From positions 800,001-864,000 of the forward strand of contig JASGJH010000001.1 in assembly GCA_047601445.1 (NCBI GenBank): 64,000 bases of DNA. The letters are read 5' to 3'. Shown here piece by piece: positions 41,970 to 51,000 of this stretch. The DNA is from Myxococcales bacterium. Its GTDB lineage: Bacteria > Myxococcota_A > Polyangia > Polyangiales > DASUME01. Each line of letters starts with the position of its first letter. Position 1 is the first letter of the stretch. Under the pieces are notes generated by a model that was not told the DNA's origin, ran no database searches, and saw only the letters and a list, made by a program, of their open reading frames with translations. The position numbers and the translations under genes were made by a program.

Positions 41970-42482
41970 GTGTCTGCCCTGCCCATTCCCCAACCGTGCA
42001 ACGCATCGCGTCAGGCCGTGCAGGAGTACGCCGAGGCTGTCGCCGAGAGTGTCGGCTACACACCGGGTACCGGGGTGGAGAGCGTGGTCGCGCAGCTGGG
42101 AGGTCGGCTCAAGTACCTGAGCCTCGACGAGTCTCGCCAGCATGAGGCCGATGGCTCGCTGGTGGTGCACGGCCCAGGCGACTTCGAAATCAGCCTCTCG
42201 GCCGTGACTGGTGCCGTGCGGGATCAGTTCACCATCGCGCACGAGCTCGGCCACTACTTCCTGCACAGTCAGGGGGGCAAGCAGCGCATCCGCGCCGAGC
42301 GCTATGGTTCCGGACGCGTGGAGTGGGAGGCCAACTGGTTCGCGGCGGCGTTCTTGATGCCGTCCGAGCTCTTCACTGAGGAAGCCGAGCGAAACCAAGG
42401 TGATGCGGAGCGAATCGCCACCCGCTTCTTCGTTTCTTCCGCGGCGGCCGAGGTGCGGCTCAAGTCTCTCGGGTTGCGATGA
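41970..42482 (+). CDS. ImmA/IrrE-family (Peptidase_M78/DUF955) Zn metallopeptidase without HTH
   Basis: RDQFTIAHELGHYFLH, EWEANWFAAAFLMP, IATRFFVS..AAEVR; AAGGA RBS before GTG. Confidence 0.92.
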   Translation: MSALPIPQPCNASRQAVQEYAEAVAESVGYTPGTGVESVVAQLGGRLKYLSLDESRQHEADGSLVVHGPGDFEISLSAVTGAVRDQFTIAHELGHYFLHSQGGKQRIRAERYGSGRVEWEANWFAAAFLMPSELFTEEAERNQGDAERIATRFFVSSAAAEVRLKSLGLR

Positions 42483-43444
42483 CCCTGGGCAGCGCCGACT
42501 CCCGGTCGCGTAGGTCCTGCGTTCGCCTCTTCATGTCCGTGGACCTGATCGGATCCACTGCCTTCAAGAACCGCATCGGAGCGGCCGACGAGTACGCGGG
42601 CGGCCATCCTTGGATCGGCGAGTTCGCCCGCTTCTACGCCTCGTTCTCGAACTTCCTGGTGCGCGGCGCCAACCCGCTGCTCAAGCAAGAGGGGGCCGAG
42701 CCCATCTTGTTCAAGGCCATCGGCGACGAACTGGTGTTCTCGGCGTTGGTGAAGAGCGGGGAGCACATCGCGCTGCTCATGGAGGCCTTCCGTGACGCCC
42801 TGTGTGCCTACTATCGCCAGCACCTGGTGGGTACGAGGCTCGGGCTCAAGGGCACGGCGTGGCTGGCTGGGTTTCCGATCAACAACGCCGAGGTGCGGCT
42901 GCCCAATGGGGCGGTCGACTTCATCGGTCCCTCCATCGACGCCGGCTTTCGCGTAGCCAAGTTCTCGTCGCTGTCGATGATCGCGCTCTCGGTGGACCTG
43001 GCGCTGGTGCTGGCGTTGGTGCGTCCCAATCGCTTCGAGTTCGTGTTCCATGCGCTCGAGTCCATGAAGGGCGTGCTGGGGGGCAATCCCTATCCCATCT
43101 TCGGGCTCGATTCCGGGCTGCGTACGGCCGAGGAAGAGCTCACCGGCGAGGGCCCCACCAATGTGAGGTCCGAGAAGGTGAGCGCCTACGCTACGCGGTT
43201 CTTCGCGGAGCTCGCTCCGTCATGGCTGTTCGCGCCCTACTTGAGCGACGACGAGCGCTTCAAAGCCAAGCCCGCGCACCACGATGAAATCCTGGCTCTG
43301 TGGGAGCGCGAAGAGGCCAAGACCCAGGTGGGACTCGATGGCGCGGAAGCGTCCCTCGGAAGCGTGGACACCGGCGCAGCCGACGCACGCTTGTTGGCCG
43401 AGGCCATCCGCATCAAGGCGCAGCCCGCGCAGCGGAACGATTGA
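42479..43444 (+). CDS. Divergent class III nucleotide cyclase-like protein
   Basis: LFMSVDLIGST, FKAIGDELVF and DFIGPSIDAGFRV map onto class III cyclase motifs; ATGA overlap with the peptidase. Confidence 0.7.
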   Translation: MTLGSADSRSRRSCVRLFMSVDLIGSTAFKNRIGAADEYAGGHPWIGEFARFYASFSNFLVRGANPLLKQEGAEPILFKAIGDELVFSALVKSGEHIALLMEAFRDALCAYYRQHLVGTRLGLKGTAWLAGFPINNAEVRLPNGAVDFIGPSIDAGFRVAKFSSLSMIALSVDLALVLALVRPNRFEFVFHALESMKGVLGGNPYPIFGLDSGLRTAEEELTGEGPTNVRSEKVSAYATRFFAELAPSWLFAPYLSDDERFKAKPAHHDEILALWEREEAKTQVGLDGAEASLGSVDTGAADARLLAEAIRIKAQPAQRND

Positions 43445-43473
43445 GGGCTGTCTCAGGGGCTCTGGGTCTGGGT

Positions 43474-43598
43474 CGTACGCGTGCCCGTGCCCGTAAACGA
43501 TCTCTTCGGCTCCTACGCTCGATCAGTGTGCAGGTCGAACCGGACGAGCGTTCGCTCAACGGCTGGGAGATTCGCGAACGGGCACGCGCACGCGCACG
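43474..43598. repeat. Hexamer-armed inverted repeat between convergent genes
   Basis: CGTGCCCGTGCCCGT..GATCTC left arm; GAGAT..ACGGGCACGCGCACG right arm. Confidence 0.65.
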
Positions 43599-43631
43599 TT
43601 GAGGTTGGGGACTAGATCTGCAGCCGGGGTG

Positions 43632-45020
43632 TCAGGGCCCGACGTTCTCCACCTTCACGCCGTTCACGATATTCGACACCCAGGTGATCATCTTCACGTT
43701 GTTGAACGTGGCATCCTCGATCTTCACGTTGCCCGGCAATACGTTGGTGAGCCAGGTGTGCTGGTCGGTGGCGGGATAGTAGGTGCCGAAGTTCTTGTAG
43801 CTCTTCACCGCCGTCCGGAAGTCGAGCAGGCCCTTTTCGAAGACGTCGGGCGGCACCTTGTCGACGATGGCGGTGCCGGCGCAGTTGTTGTTTCCGGCCC
43901 CAAAGAAGCCCGAGATGATGCCGTCGTGGTTGGCCTCGATGAGGCCCGAGAGGCGGTCGCTGAACGTGGACACCAGGTACACGCCGTAGTCGAACATGAA
44001 GTCGTCCTTCTTGGGGCAGTGGCTACCGCAGTCCTTGAGCACCGACTGATCGAGCCCCCAGTAATCCACCATGCGCTTCTGCAGGCAGGGCGGCACCACA
44101 GCGCTGGTCTGGGGCGGACCCGAGTCGTCGATGAGGATGATCTTGTTGTTGGGGAAGGCGCGCTGGAAGAGCACGGCCGTGGCGGCCGAACCGAAGCCGC
44201 CAGCGCTGATGCCCGTGAGCAGCACGCGGTCGAGGCTGGGGAAGGTAGGCACGATGCGCTGCAGATAGGCCTGCAGGTTGAGGTACCCGACGAACTGTTC
44301 CTTCGGGTACAGGTCGGTGACCTTGGAGTTGGCCTTGGTGCCTGCGTGGATGTCGCCGGTGCAGTAGGGCACGTAGACGAAGTTCCAGTCCTTGAGGGGA
44401 TTGTCCGTCCACTTACGGTTGAAGATGCCGCCCGTCTGCTCGCCCTTGGAGGCGATGGAGGCGGGGTTGGCGGCACAGGTGACGTTGTCGAAGCAGGCTC
44501 CGCCGCCTTCGAGGAAGATCATCAGGTCCTTGGACTTGGAGTTCAGGCTGATGCCGATGCCCGCCGTAGATCCGTCGCGGCACTTGGTGCCGGGGAAGTC
44601 CACCCAGGTCCACTTGAGATCGTCGGCCTTCAGGGGCTGGCCGTTGGTGGGGAAGGGCGTGAGGCCGTACTTGTCGAGCGGGTTCGTCGAGGGCTTGGTG
44701 CCCGCATCCGAGTGGCCGGGGTTCGTGCCGGCATCGACATCATCGCCGTCCCCGTCTCCCGTGCTGTCTCCATCGCCCGTGGTGTCGCCGTCTCCCGTGC
44801 TGTCTCCATCGCCGGTGGTGTCGTCGCCATCGCCGTCCCCGTCGCCATCACCATCACCATCACCATCACCGTCTCCATCGCCGTCTCCATCGCCGTTGGC
44901 TGGGTCGACGTAGCCCGACGTGGGGTTGGCAGGGTCCTCACCGCAGCCGGTGTTTCCGACGACGACGGAGGAGAGGGTAAGCAGCAGAAGAAGCCTACGA
45001 GAGCGGTCAAGGTGAGACAT
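43632..45020 (-). CDS. Pectin acetylesterase-family (alpha/beta hydrolase) lipoprotein
   Basis: Lipobox NTGC, long GD repeat, CRDGS, FLEGGGAC, YVPYCTGD, nucleophile GISAGG, DDSGP. Confidence 0.88.
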   Translation of the reverse strand: MSHLDRSRRLLLLLTLSSVVVGNTGCGEDPANPTSGYVDPANGDGDGDGDGDGDGDGDGDGDGDGDDTTGDGDSTGDGDTTGDGDSTGDGDGDDVDAGTNPGHSDAGTKPSTNPLDKYGLTPFPTNGQPLKADDLKWTWVDFPGTKCRDGSTAGIGISLNSKSKDLMIFLEGGGACFDNVTCAANPASIASKGEQTGGIFNRKWTDNPLKDWNFVYVPYCTGDIHAGTKANSKVTDLYPKEQFVGYLNLQAYLQRIVPTFPSLDRVLLTGISAGGFGSAATAVLFQRAFPNNKIILIDDSGPPQTSAVVPPCLQKRMVDYWGLDQSVLKDCGSHCPKKDDFMFDYGVYLVSTFSDRLSGLIEANHDGIISGFFGAGNNNCAGTAIVDKVPPDVFEKGLLDFRTAVKSYKNFGTYYPATDQHTWLTNVLPGNVKIEDATFNNVKMITWVSNIVNGVKVENVGP

Positions 45021-45253
45021 AGGAGGCCGACGCTATCACGGGGCCAAAGTGACAGGCCTGGCCACGGTCTTGACCGGACGTACCCAACTACATGCAGAAC
45101 AGCCCCTCTCACAGGCTCTCGTTCCACGCATACGGATGCTTTCCGTTGCGATAGTTGGAGCGGTCACTCGCGTCAGCGTCCGGCCACCGCCCAGCGTATC
45201 GGTGAGCTGACTCGCCAAAACAACGGGAGCCGACGTGGCCCTCAGCCAGGCCT

Positions 45254-46900
45254 TCAGTTGGCCGGGGGGCGGTTCCAGGAGATGAGCTGGGACTCGCCGC
45301 GCTTGCCGACGTGGGCATCGAGCTTGGGGTTCTGCAGCTCGTCGGTGCGGAGGGGGCGAACTTTGAACGCCTGGTAGTCAGCCAGACCATCGCTCGCCAC
45401 ATGGTTCACGCCGTCGATCTCGAAGGCCATGACTTGGCTCAGGTCGAGACCGTGGCTCTGCAGCAGATCAGGCAACACGAACGAGGTGTCGGCGCCAGGT
45501 GCGATGATAGTCCAGGTGCCGCCATAGGCGTAAGTGGCGGGGTCGGGCATCACGAGGGCGATGGTCAGGTTCGTCATGGCGAAGTCCAACTTGGCAGCGT
45601 CGGGGCTCGCGTCCCAGCTCAAACGTGCGCGCTGTGGACTGCCGCTGATCACGGTCTTGGGGTTGCTCGGCGGACGGAGACGCTTGCCATAGTCGAATGT
45701 GATCTGCGTGGGGCCAGGCGCTTCGCGGCGATAGAACGTGTGCTGCACGTTCTTGTAGTCGACGGTGCTCTCGGTCTCGATGTCGTCGGCGAAGCCAGGC
45801 GCGTAGAAGAACTCTTCCCAGATCAGGGGCGTATACGGCAGGTTGTCGGTCCAGTCGGCGGAACCCCAGGCCTGGCTGGTGCCCCGCCACATGGCGAGGT
45901 TGCTCCACACGTGTTGGTCCTCGAGGTCGAGCGGCAGGTTCACGAAGCGCACCTGGGTGCTGGTGGCCAGGGTCCAGGCCGGGAACATCACGTGCGTGGG
46001 CTGGCCGTTGCTTCCGAGCGGCGCGTCGTTGACCCACGAGTAGTAGCTGAGGTTGTTGCTCGGATCGTCGTCGCCCATGCGGTCCTCGCGGTAGGCGAGC
46101 AACGAGTTGGTGGGCGCGGGCACGCAGTCGAGCTCCCAGTCCGTCACGTTCTGGTCGTAGTTGATGTTGCGCATGTCGCAGCCCGTCGGTCCGCCGTTGA
46201 TGTAGTACTCGCTGGTGGGCTCGGCGAAGGTCGCCGTGTAAACGGTCTGGGGTCCTACGTACTCGTTGGTGCCGGCCAGCACCTGCAGATGGTCGCCCTG
46301 CTTGACGCCAAACCAGCTGATCAAGCGCCGGGACCAGAAATTCGCGGGCTCCTGCAGTCCGGTCAGGTCGAGCGTCACGACCGGCGCGGTCTGATCGCTC
46401 GCGGCCTTACCGGCGGCGTCGGTGGTCAGCGTGCTCAGCGTGCTGCCGTCAGCCGCGTGGAGATACAGTTTGAGGCCTGGCAGCGGCGTGCCGTCCGCGC
46501 GCGTAACTGTGACCTTCAGGGCCTGGCTGATCTCGGACACGCTGGCGTCGTCAGACGTGGCGCCGCTGTCCTGGCCGGCGTCGGAGCTCGAGCTGTCGTC
46601 CTCATCACCGCCGTCGCCTCCGCGCGCGGTGGAGCCGTCGTTGGCCGAACCCTTGCCGTCCTCGCGCTCGATGCGCTGCCCAGTGGCATCCACGCAGTAG
46701 CCATCGACGCACGCCACCGCGTCCGTGAAAGCTGCGCAGTCGGCGAGCTCCTGGCACGCGAGCCAGTTGCTCGCGCTCGTGCTTTGGGGACCGTTGCTGT
46801 CGTTGCAGCCCGCGGCGCAGATCAGGGCCAGGCCGCCGATCAGGCCCAGGGCGCCCAGCCCACCGCGCGCGGTGGCGACGCTACTCTCGATGGTCTTCAT
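45254..46900 (-). CDS. Hypothetical lipoprotein with Cys-rich N-terminal module and beta-sandwich domains
   Basis: Lipobox AAGC; SNWLAC..LADC...CVDGYC; VTVTRADGTPLPG...TTDAAGKA. Confidence 0.75.
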   Translation of the reverse strand: MKTIESSVATARGGLGALGLIGGLALICAAGCNDSNGPQSTSASNWLACQELADCAAFTDAVACVDGYCVDATGQRIEREDGKGSANDGSTARGGDGGDEDDSSSSDAGQDSGATSDDASVSEISQALKVTVTRADGTPLPGLKLYLHAADGSTLSTLTTDAAGKAASDQTAPVVTLDLTGLQEPANFWSRRLISWFGVKQGDHLQVLAGTNEYVGPQTVYTATFAEPTSEYYINGGPTGCDMRNINYDQNVTDWELDCVPAPTNSLLAYREDRMGDDDPSNNLSYYSWVNDAPLGSNGQPTHVMFPAWTLATSTQVRFVNLPLDLEDQHVWSNLAMWRGTSQAWGSADWTDNLPYTPLIWEEFFYAPGFADDIETESTVDYKNVQHTFYRREAPGPTQITFDYGKRLRPPSNPKTVISGSPQRARLSWDASPDAAKLDFAMTNLTIALVMPDPATYAYGGTWTIIAPGADTSFVLPDLLQSHGLDLSQVMAFEIDGVNHVASDGLADYQAFKVRPLRTDELQNPKLDAHVGKRGESQLISWNRPPAN

Positions 46901-47903
46901 CCGATACCTCTGTTGGGTCCAATAGGGGGTCCGCCGCACGCACGTACTGGCCGGCGTAAAACACGACACGATCGACGGGCGCCCCCTGGGGAGGCTGGTG
47001 GCGGTAGGCGTCCACGCGCGCCCGCAACGCGTCGACCTGAGCGCGCACGCCGCGCAGAGTGGTCTTGGCCTCCAGCTCGAGCGGATGTCCGGGCCATACC
47101 TCGAGTGTCCAGGTGGAGCCGCCCGTGTGATCGCTGGCCTCGCCGCGTGCCGAGCCGCGCTTGAGCTTCGTGATCACGGCGGTGACGAGGGCCTGATAGT
47201 GGTCGAAGACCGCCGCCTCCCAGCCCACCGCGGCCCCCACGGGGACCTCGAAGCGCTCGGCCGCGTAGAGCGTGCCCTCGGGCTTGTGCACGACACGAAC
47301 GCGACCGTCCTGGGCCAGGCGCTCCAGACAAGCTCGCGCGATGCCCTCGCCGAGGCGCGCCACAGACTGCACGGTGGACTCGTCGCAGGGCCCGTTGCGG
47401 TACACCGTGAGCCACACCAGGTGCTCATGGACGCTGCTGCGGCCCGGTGAGTCCGATCCGAAGTCCGCCTCGTTGGCGATGCGATAGCGCGCGTCGTCAC
47501 CGCGTCCTGCGCGGTAGATGAGGCCCGAATGCGAGAGGTCGCTCAGAACTCCGGACACCACCTCCGGATCATCGCCTGCAAAGCGGTCCAGCACCGCCCG
47601 CCCGCTGACGGGTTCACGCTCGCGTACGAACTCGAGCACGGCTTCCCAGACCGTCTTGCCCACCACGGTGCGGCTCTCGCTTAGCTCCCGGAGGCGCCGG
47701 TGATACGTGCGCAGCGCCATCCCGAACATGTCGGCGATGACTTTCTTCTTCACGCCGCGCTGAGCGAGTTCGCGCGTGAGGTCGAGGAAGACCTGCTCGG
47801 CAACCCCGGCCAGCGGGGCCCGCACACCGCCCGCGGTGGCCAGCTCGGCGATGAAGACCATGGTCTGCTGAACCACGGCGTCGATGAGCAGATGGGCGTT
47901 CAC
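46881..47903 (-). CDS. Hypothetical multi-HTH/winged-helix protein, probable regulator
   Basis: KKVIADMFGMALRTYHRRL HTH; two further wHTH-like segments; WEAAVFDHYQA; overlaps the downstream lipoprotein start. Confidence 0.75.
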   Translation of the reverse strand: MNAHLLIDAVVQQTMVFIAELATAGGVRAPLAGVAEQVFLDLTRELAQRGVKKKVIADMFGMALRTYHRRLRELSESRTVVGKTVWEAVLEFVREREPVSGRAVLDRFAGDDPEVVSGVLSDLSHSGLIYRAGRGDDARYRIANEADFGSDSPGRSSVHEHLVWLTVYRNGPCDESTVQSVARLGEGIARACLERLAQDGRVRVVHKPEGTLYAAERFEVPVGAAVGWEAAVFDHYQALVTAVITKLKRGSARGEASDHTGGSTWTLEVWPGHPLELEAKTTLRGVRAQVDALRARVDAYRHQPPQGAPVDRVVFYAGQYVRAADPLLDPTEVSDEDHRE

Positions 47904-48041
47904 GGGCCGAACACTGACACCGGGACCCAGGCCGGGTAAGTGTCAGGAATGGCAGTGACGGGGTGAGGGTGAAGCACGGACTGCCTGGCGAGGCGCGTTC
48001 GGGGGGAAGGGGCCTTGACGAAGTGCCTTGGGGCCGTGCAC

Positions 48042-51000
48042 CTAAGGCGCCCACAACAAGTCGGCTGACCAGCGGGTGCCTGGGCCGTAGCCCATGCTCG
48101 TGACGAAGTCGTTGGGTAGCGACAAGTCGAGGCGCACGCCGACGCCCACGCTCCCGCCCTGGCTCTGCGAGCTGCCCCCGACGATGCCCTCCACGTAGGC
48201 GCCGCGCGCGAAGCCACGCATGAACTTGGGGATCACGTCCGAGGCATCGAAGCCGGCGCGTGCACCGTTGACCTGACCCGAGGCATTGGTCTCGACGCCG
48301 AGCGTGGGCACCCAGTCTCCGAACTTGCGACGCGCCGCCACACTGAGTAGGCCCGCGGTGAGCGTGGTGGCGAAGTTCGAGACGTCTTGCTGCGCGCTGC
48401 TGCTGTTGCTGGCCTTGGCGCGTCCCACGCCACTGAGGATCGAGACGGCTTCACCCATGTTCGTGGCGGCGCCCGTGAAGGTGAGCACCGGGGCACTCGC
48501 CAAGCCCGTCACCTGCACGTTGAGGGGTTGCGACGAAGGCGGCTGGTAGGTGGCCTTGAGGTTCAAGTCCGGGTCCGGCGGGACGTCCCCGGTGAAGTGG
48601 ATGGTGCCCTTCTGAATCTTGAACGTCTTGCCCAAGATCTGCAGCTCGCCACGGGTGATCTGGGCATCGCCCCGCATCACGGCGCCTTCCTTCTCCTCGA
48701 GGAGCGCGAGGTCGAGCGCCACCTGCACCGAGAAGTCCGTGTGCATGACCCACATGTCGCGGTGGCTCTTGATGGTGAGCGACTTGAGCACGAGCGAGGA
48801 GCTACCGGGTTCGCCGCCCGCGGCTTCGGCCTGAATTTCAGGCGGCGCGTCCTCGAAGACGATGTCCGGGTTAGGGTCGAGCTGCTGCACGTCGCGCCCT
48901 TGCTCGCCCGTGAGCCAGAGGCGACCGCGGTTGATGTCCACCTCCACGGAGAGCTCCGCGAGCTCCTTGATCTGGGCGCCGACCTCGGTGTCCAGCGTCA
49001 GCTCGCCCACCACGGTGCCCTCCTGACGCATCGGAAAGCGCTCTGCGGTGATGTGGATTCGACCATTGCCCGAGCCCTTCTCGTCGAGCTTCGCTCCGCC
49101 GGTCAGCCGGATGTCGCCTTCGCCGTCCTTGGCGGTGATCTGTTTGATGGTGAGCTCGCGGCCATCGACCTCGATGCGTCCGTTGAGGTGCCGAACCGGC
49201 TGAGCCAACGAAGCGATCGAGAAGCCGACTTCGTGTAGCTCGAGGAAGCCCTTGGGCTGTGGGTCGTCGAGCCGGCCAGTGACCGTGAGGTCGGCGGAGG
49301 CCGTGCCGGCAACCTGGCCGAGCGCCTGCACCGACGACATGGGACCGCCGAGCGGGAGCTGGCTGAAGCGAATGCGCGCCCGCACCGGGGCATCTTTCGC
49401 GACGGTGGGAATGGCGTGCAGGTCCCCGCTGAGCGGGAGGCTGGCTTCGAGCTGGCCGTTGGGTTTGCCGTCCACGCGCAGGTCGCCGTTAAGTGCCGCC
49501 TGCAGGCCCGTTCCCTGGGACAACGTGCGCAGCTCGAGGTGGCTCCCGAAAGCGGCGCCGCGCTGTCCACGAAGCTGCGTGACATCGATGCTCGAGCTGA
49601 GCTCGAGGGGGTGAGCTCCGAACAGGGCGAGCGCGAGATTCACGTCGGCCTTGCCGCTCTTGAGGGCGCACAGACCGGGCAGCTTGGAGAGATCGAGCTG
49701 CTTCGCCTGGAGCGTGGCGTTCACCCGTTCGAACTCCTCGGATTTGCCCTGCAGCAGCGCCCCGACGTCCACGTGGGCCTTGACCTCCGCGCGGAGCTGG
49801 CCGGCGGCGTCGCCCTGGCTCTGAACGCCGAGCTGCACTTGGCCTTGCCTGAGCTGGGCATCCAGATCGATGCGCGACGAGGAGCCAGCCACGCACGACT
49901 GGTCGATCTTGTCCCCGAAGACCACCAGGCGCACCGCAGCGTCACCATCGAAGTTTTGGCCGTCGCTTTTGAGCGCGAGCTTGGCGCCCAAGCGCACCGG
50001 CACGTTCAGCTTGTAGGCCGAGGCCAAGTAGCCGTACACGCCCTGCATGGTGTCGAGCCGGCGTTCCTCGAGCTGCACGTCGAGGTCGAACTGGGGCGTC
50101 TTGAAGCTCTCGGGTTGGGCCAGGGCTGCCTCCAGGCTGCCGCCCGCGAAGTTGGTGGCAAGCCGCGCCTGGGCGAGGCGCCCCTGATCATCGTCGAGCT
50201 CGAGCACCAGGTTGGCCTGGCTTGGCTCGAGCTGCAGGCGCGCCTCGAGCCGCTCGGGCTTGCTGGTGGGTTTGGCGGGGAGCTTCAGGTTGGCCGCCAC
50301 GCGCAGCGCGACGTGGGGCTCCTTGAGCGTGCCCTGGCCGTGCAGGTCCACGTCGATGTTGCCCGAAAGGGCGCTGATGCGCTCGTCTCCCAACATCAAG
50401 AGGCGTCCCGCCGGCAGGTGCGCGTTGCCGTCGACTTGAAAGCTCCCCTGTTTGAAAGCTTGGACGAGCTCGCGCGATTTGCTTGCGGAGTTGAGCTCGG
50501 CCGCGAGGCGCACGTTGGAGCCGTCGCTCGCGGAGCGCAGACTGACGCTGGCCCCGACCTGCCCGTGCGCGAGGTCCGCGCGTGCATCGAGCGCCGCATC
50601 GGCCTCGGGCTCGCCCATGACGCTGAGCTTGGCGACGGCCAGGTGCAACGTCCCCTCCGGCTTCGCCACGCTACCGCTGGCCTTCAGCGTGCCGTCGAGC
50701 TTGCCGCGCAACTGGGGCTTGCCGAGCAAGCTACCCCAGGTTGCCAGATCCACCGCATGCAGCTCCGCATCGGCCTCGAAGCTCCCGGCGGCGCGATAAC
50801 TGCCCCGCGCCAGCACGCTCTGCTCGCGCGTTTGGATGGCGAGCTGCTCGAGCCTGGTCTCCTGGCGACCGAGGCGCAGGTTGCGGAGCTCGAAGGTCAG
50901 GTCGCGCTCGAGGGCGTGAGCTTGTCCACGGGCCGCCAGCGTGAAGTCGCCGTTGTGCTCGCGGGCGCCCTGAATCTCACTGTGGACCGAGGCCTGCATG

